NCBI GenBank assembly: GCA_965202585.1
Contig: OZ241826.1
Location: 35,092,001-35,156,000 of the forward strand
Direction of reading: 5' to 3'
Length of the DNA: 64,000 nt
Source of the DNA: Thalia democratica
Taxonomy: Eukaryota
A program made the position numbers and the translations under genes. A model generated the notes under the pieces. The model was not told the DNA's origin. It worked only from the letters and a program-made list of their open reading frames with translations, and ran no database searches. This document shows positions 62,401-64,000 of this stretch, piece by piece. Position 1 is the stretch's first letter, and every line of letters begins with the position of its first letter.

Positions 62401-64000
62401 ATCAACTCCAGAATATCTAAGTAAATTTTCAGATTATGGCCTTGTGGCCCCCTAGATTTCCTATTTTTTTTCATAATATCTAGTATAAGTTTTAAAACTA
62501 CCACTAAAACGCCTAAAATCTTTTTTTTTTTAATAACCTAGTGTAAGTTTTTATGACATCATGGCTACCATGTGGTCCCTTTAATGCTCAGTTTCGAAAA
62601 CTCTGATCTAGTTAACTTTCAAAAATGATCGCAATATCCAGTGTAAGTTTCAAAATTAGCTTTAAATTCACCTGAAAACAACCTTTTTTTTACTGTTTAT
62701 CATGAACTCCAGCATATCTAGTTTAAGTTTCAAAATTTAGGATAATTTTTCAAGTTAGGATTCATGCACCCCAAAATAAATTTTGAAGTAGTTTTGAAGA
62801 CCACTGAACTAGGTTATGAAACGCATTGATTGTATGAGTATTCTTAATAGAGAATGTAGCATTTATATCCACAGAGAGCTACACAATGAAGATGCCAATA
62901 TAAACAAAAACATAACTGTTAATTTACTAACTTATATACTTGTGATTACTGTGAAAGCATAAAACATTTGTAAAGTAAACAATTCAATAAATCTTTAGTT
63001 TTAATTTAAGTACTGTTTACACAACTAAAATCAACCTCTGACACATTTTGGCCTCTGACCGTCGGCGGGGTAGCTCCACAGTCCGTTGTTTTCGCAAATT
63101 CTCCTCCCGGTGAAGGAATCGGGGGTCATGGTGAGACCTTCAGCGCAAGTGAAGGTGATCTCGGTGCCGGACAAGTAGACATCTTTGTACACCCACTTTG
63201 TTACTTCGTACGTGGCTTCCAAAACGGGCGCGGGCGACAGACATTGGATTTCTGAAATGTGGTCAGTTTGAAGTTTTGTTGTAGGTAGAATGTATAATGT
63301 ACCTTTCAAAAACTACCAACAGGCTTGTTTGCCCAGTTTAAAACTTTAAAGATATAAAACAATTTGGTAAAGTAAATTTTATATTTTCAAATCATAGTTT
63401 TTTAAGAAATTGTAAGTCTTAAATAGTGTTTAGTTCTCAAACATTTAATTAAATAGTACAGAAAGATTGCATTCTGTTATTAGAATATAGAGCCCACCTG
63501 TGTAGCATTTTCCTACTTCGCCTTCCCATGAGCCTGCTTCACTGCAAACAAGCTCGTTATCTTCTGCAGGCAAAACTTGATGGCCGGCTGCGCAAGCAAA
63601 AATCAAAAGAGTGTTTACCGTGTAAATTTCGTCTGACTCATTCATAGTGACTTCCACAGTAGTGTTTGGGTAGCTTGGAGGGCCACCACAATCTTTGTAA
63701 TTTATTGTTTTTATTATAAGTGCTTTATTTGTCGTGAAAACTTAAAGATACATTGATAGTTTTATATAAAATAATAGTACTCCTATTGTGAAAGTATTAA
63801 TTTTTTACATTTACCTTTGAAAATTATACACACTCAGAATAATACTCTTCCAATTGAAAAATTAGTTTTTTGTTACTGTAACAAAGTTTTTTACTATCAT
63901 CATCACTTAACACTACCTAAAACGCATTGCGGATAATCCTCCAGCATTTCGGGTCCGAACAAAAATTGCGAGCTGTTTTTTCCTCCAACGCAGGATCCGT
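37155..64000 (-). CDS. Giant multi-Sushi/CCP protein with C-terminal C-type lectin; >=58 CCP domains, ~4,000 aa in window, N-terminus beyond the right edge
   Basis: Phase 1-1 exons, one CCP each (C..P.i.NG..Y.C..Gy..C..G.W..C), in transcript order: 63917->64000 (partial), 63498-63692, 63036-63251, 61937-62131, 61368-61568, 60967-61170, 60405-60605, 59929-60126, 59685-59870, 59406-59615, 58890-59069, 58463-58684, 57551-57742, 57125-57325, 56774-56965, 56250-56456, 55749-55949, 55093-55299, 54721-54912, 54321-54518, 53939-54145, 53586-53780, 53004-53207, 52674-52868, 52266-52499, 51961-52158, 51696-51899, 51455-51640, 50968-51168, 50468-50665, 50070-50267, 49650-49844, 49347-49535, 49071-49280, 48517-48696, 47727-47924, 47462-47665, 47220-47405, 46890-47090, 46423-46617, 46137-46343, 45811-46017, 45441-45677, 44988-45191, 44427-44627, 44157-44357, 43877-44086, 43546-43725, 43248-43475, 42952-43179, 42673-42852, 42240-42464, 41652-41867, 41249-41452, 40691-40882, 40310-40510, 39751-39945, 38735-38911; then lectin exons 38308-38434, 37778-37894, 37155-37359. 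Every complete CCP exon length is a multiple of 3 with GT-AG ends. That all exons belong to one transcript is inferred. Confidence 0.9.
39118..39594. mobile_element. Intronic MITE with CAGGGTTGCCA TIRs and internal TTCCAGGTTTTT repeats
   Basis: TIR CAGGGTTGCCAC / GTGGCAACCCTG; 6-bp direct repeat TAAATA on both sides; internal ~97-bp tandem duplication at about 39400-39570. Confidence 0.85.
39707..41535 (-). repeat. Two-exon tandem duplication (~940-bp unit) within the multi-CCP gene
   Basis: Introns 39946-40309 and 40883-41248 are about 95% identical by eye; exon pairs 39751-39945/40691-40882 and 40310-40510/41249-41452. Confidence 0.92.
46423..52158 (-). repeat. Five-exon module duplicated at 46423-47924 and 50468-52158
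   Basis: Same exon order in both blocks; near-identical short introns (47406-47461 vs 51641-51695, 47666-47726 vs 51900-51960) and exons (LNELKSETLLSGET; QKEGNYVNGTTVTY). Confidence 0.85.
55362..55691. mobile_element. Intronic Charlie-type hAT MITE, 330 bp
   Basis: TIRs CATGGGTGAGTAACCT / AGGTTCCCACCCATG; subterminal gcggtccgcgggccac; TSD not conserved. Confidence 0.65.
57985..58368. mobile_element. Second copy of the CAGGGTTGCCA MITE family (intronic)
   Basis: TIR CAGGGTTGCCAAA / TTTGACAACCCTG; 5-bp direct repeat AATGT on both sides; TTCCAGGTTTTT motifs; internal similarity to 39118-39594. Confidence 0.8.
62180..62806. mobile_element. Intronic hAT-type MITE with an internal array of ATATCTAGTGTAAGTTTCA motifs
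   Basis: TIRs CAGTGGTTTTCAA / TTGAAGACCACTG; about 6 degenerate motif copies at 62257-62735, the reverse complement of the core of the 13354 and 23551 MITEs. Confidence 0.7.

Noticed and set aside
1-64000. CRISPR arrays, rRNA, functional tRNA or prokaryotic operons
   Set aside because: None seen; the DNA is eukaryotic with spliceosomal introns, and the periodic structure is exon duplication, not repeat-spacer arrays.

Overview
AT-rich animal genomic DNA with short introns. The lectin style and intron features suggest a tunicate or other invertebrate chordate, but this is inference. The left 27 kb is a transposon graveyard: a >=5.4-kb inverted duplication, two decayed Charlie/Buster-type hAT elements with TSDs, hAT MITEs, a tRNA-derived SINE-like head, a 5'-truncated Penelope-like retroelement with a well-formed hammerhead ribozyme, a palindrome holding two hammerhead-like cores, and an intronless RING-finger pseudogene. 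At 27.9-34.0 kb (+) is a 12-exon, 626-aa coiled-coil gene resembling CCDC183/ODAD3. From 37.2 kb to the window end (-) is the 3' part of a giant gene: at least 58 single-domain, phase-1 Sushi/CCP exons built on a 9-domain super-repeat, ending in a 3-exon EPN C-type lectin with no transmembrane segment (about 4,000 aa inside the window). In its youngest duplication an exon has diverged far more than its flanking introns. All gene models were assembled by hand from splice signals and reading frame, with no database searches.
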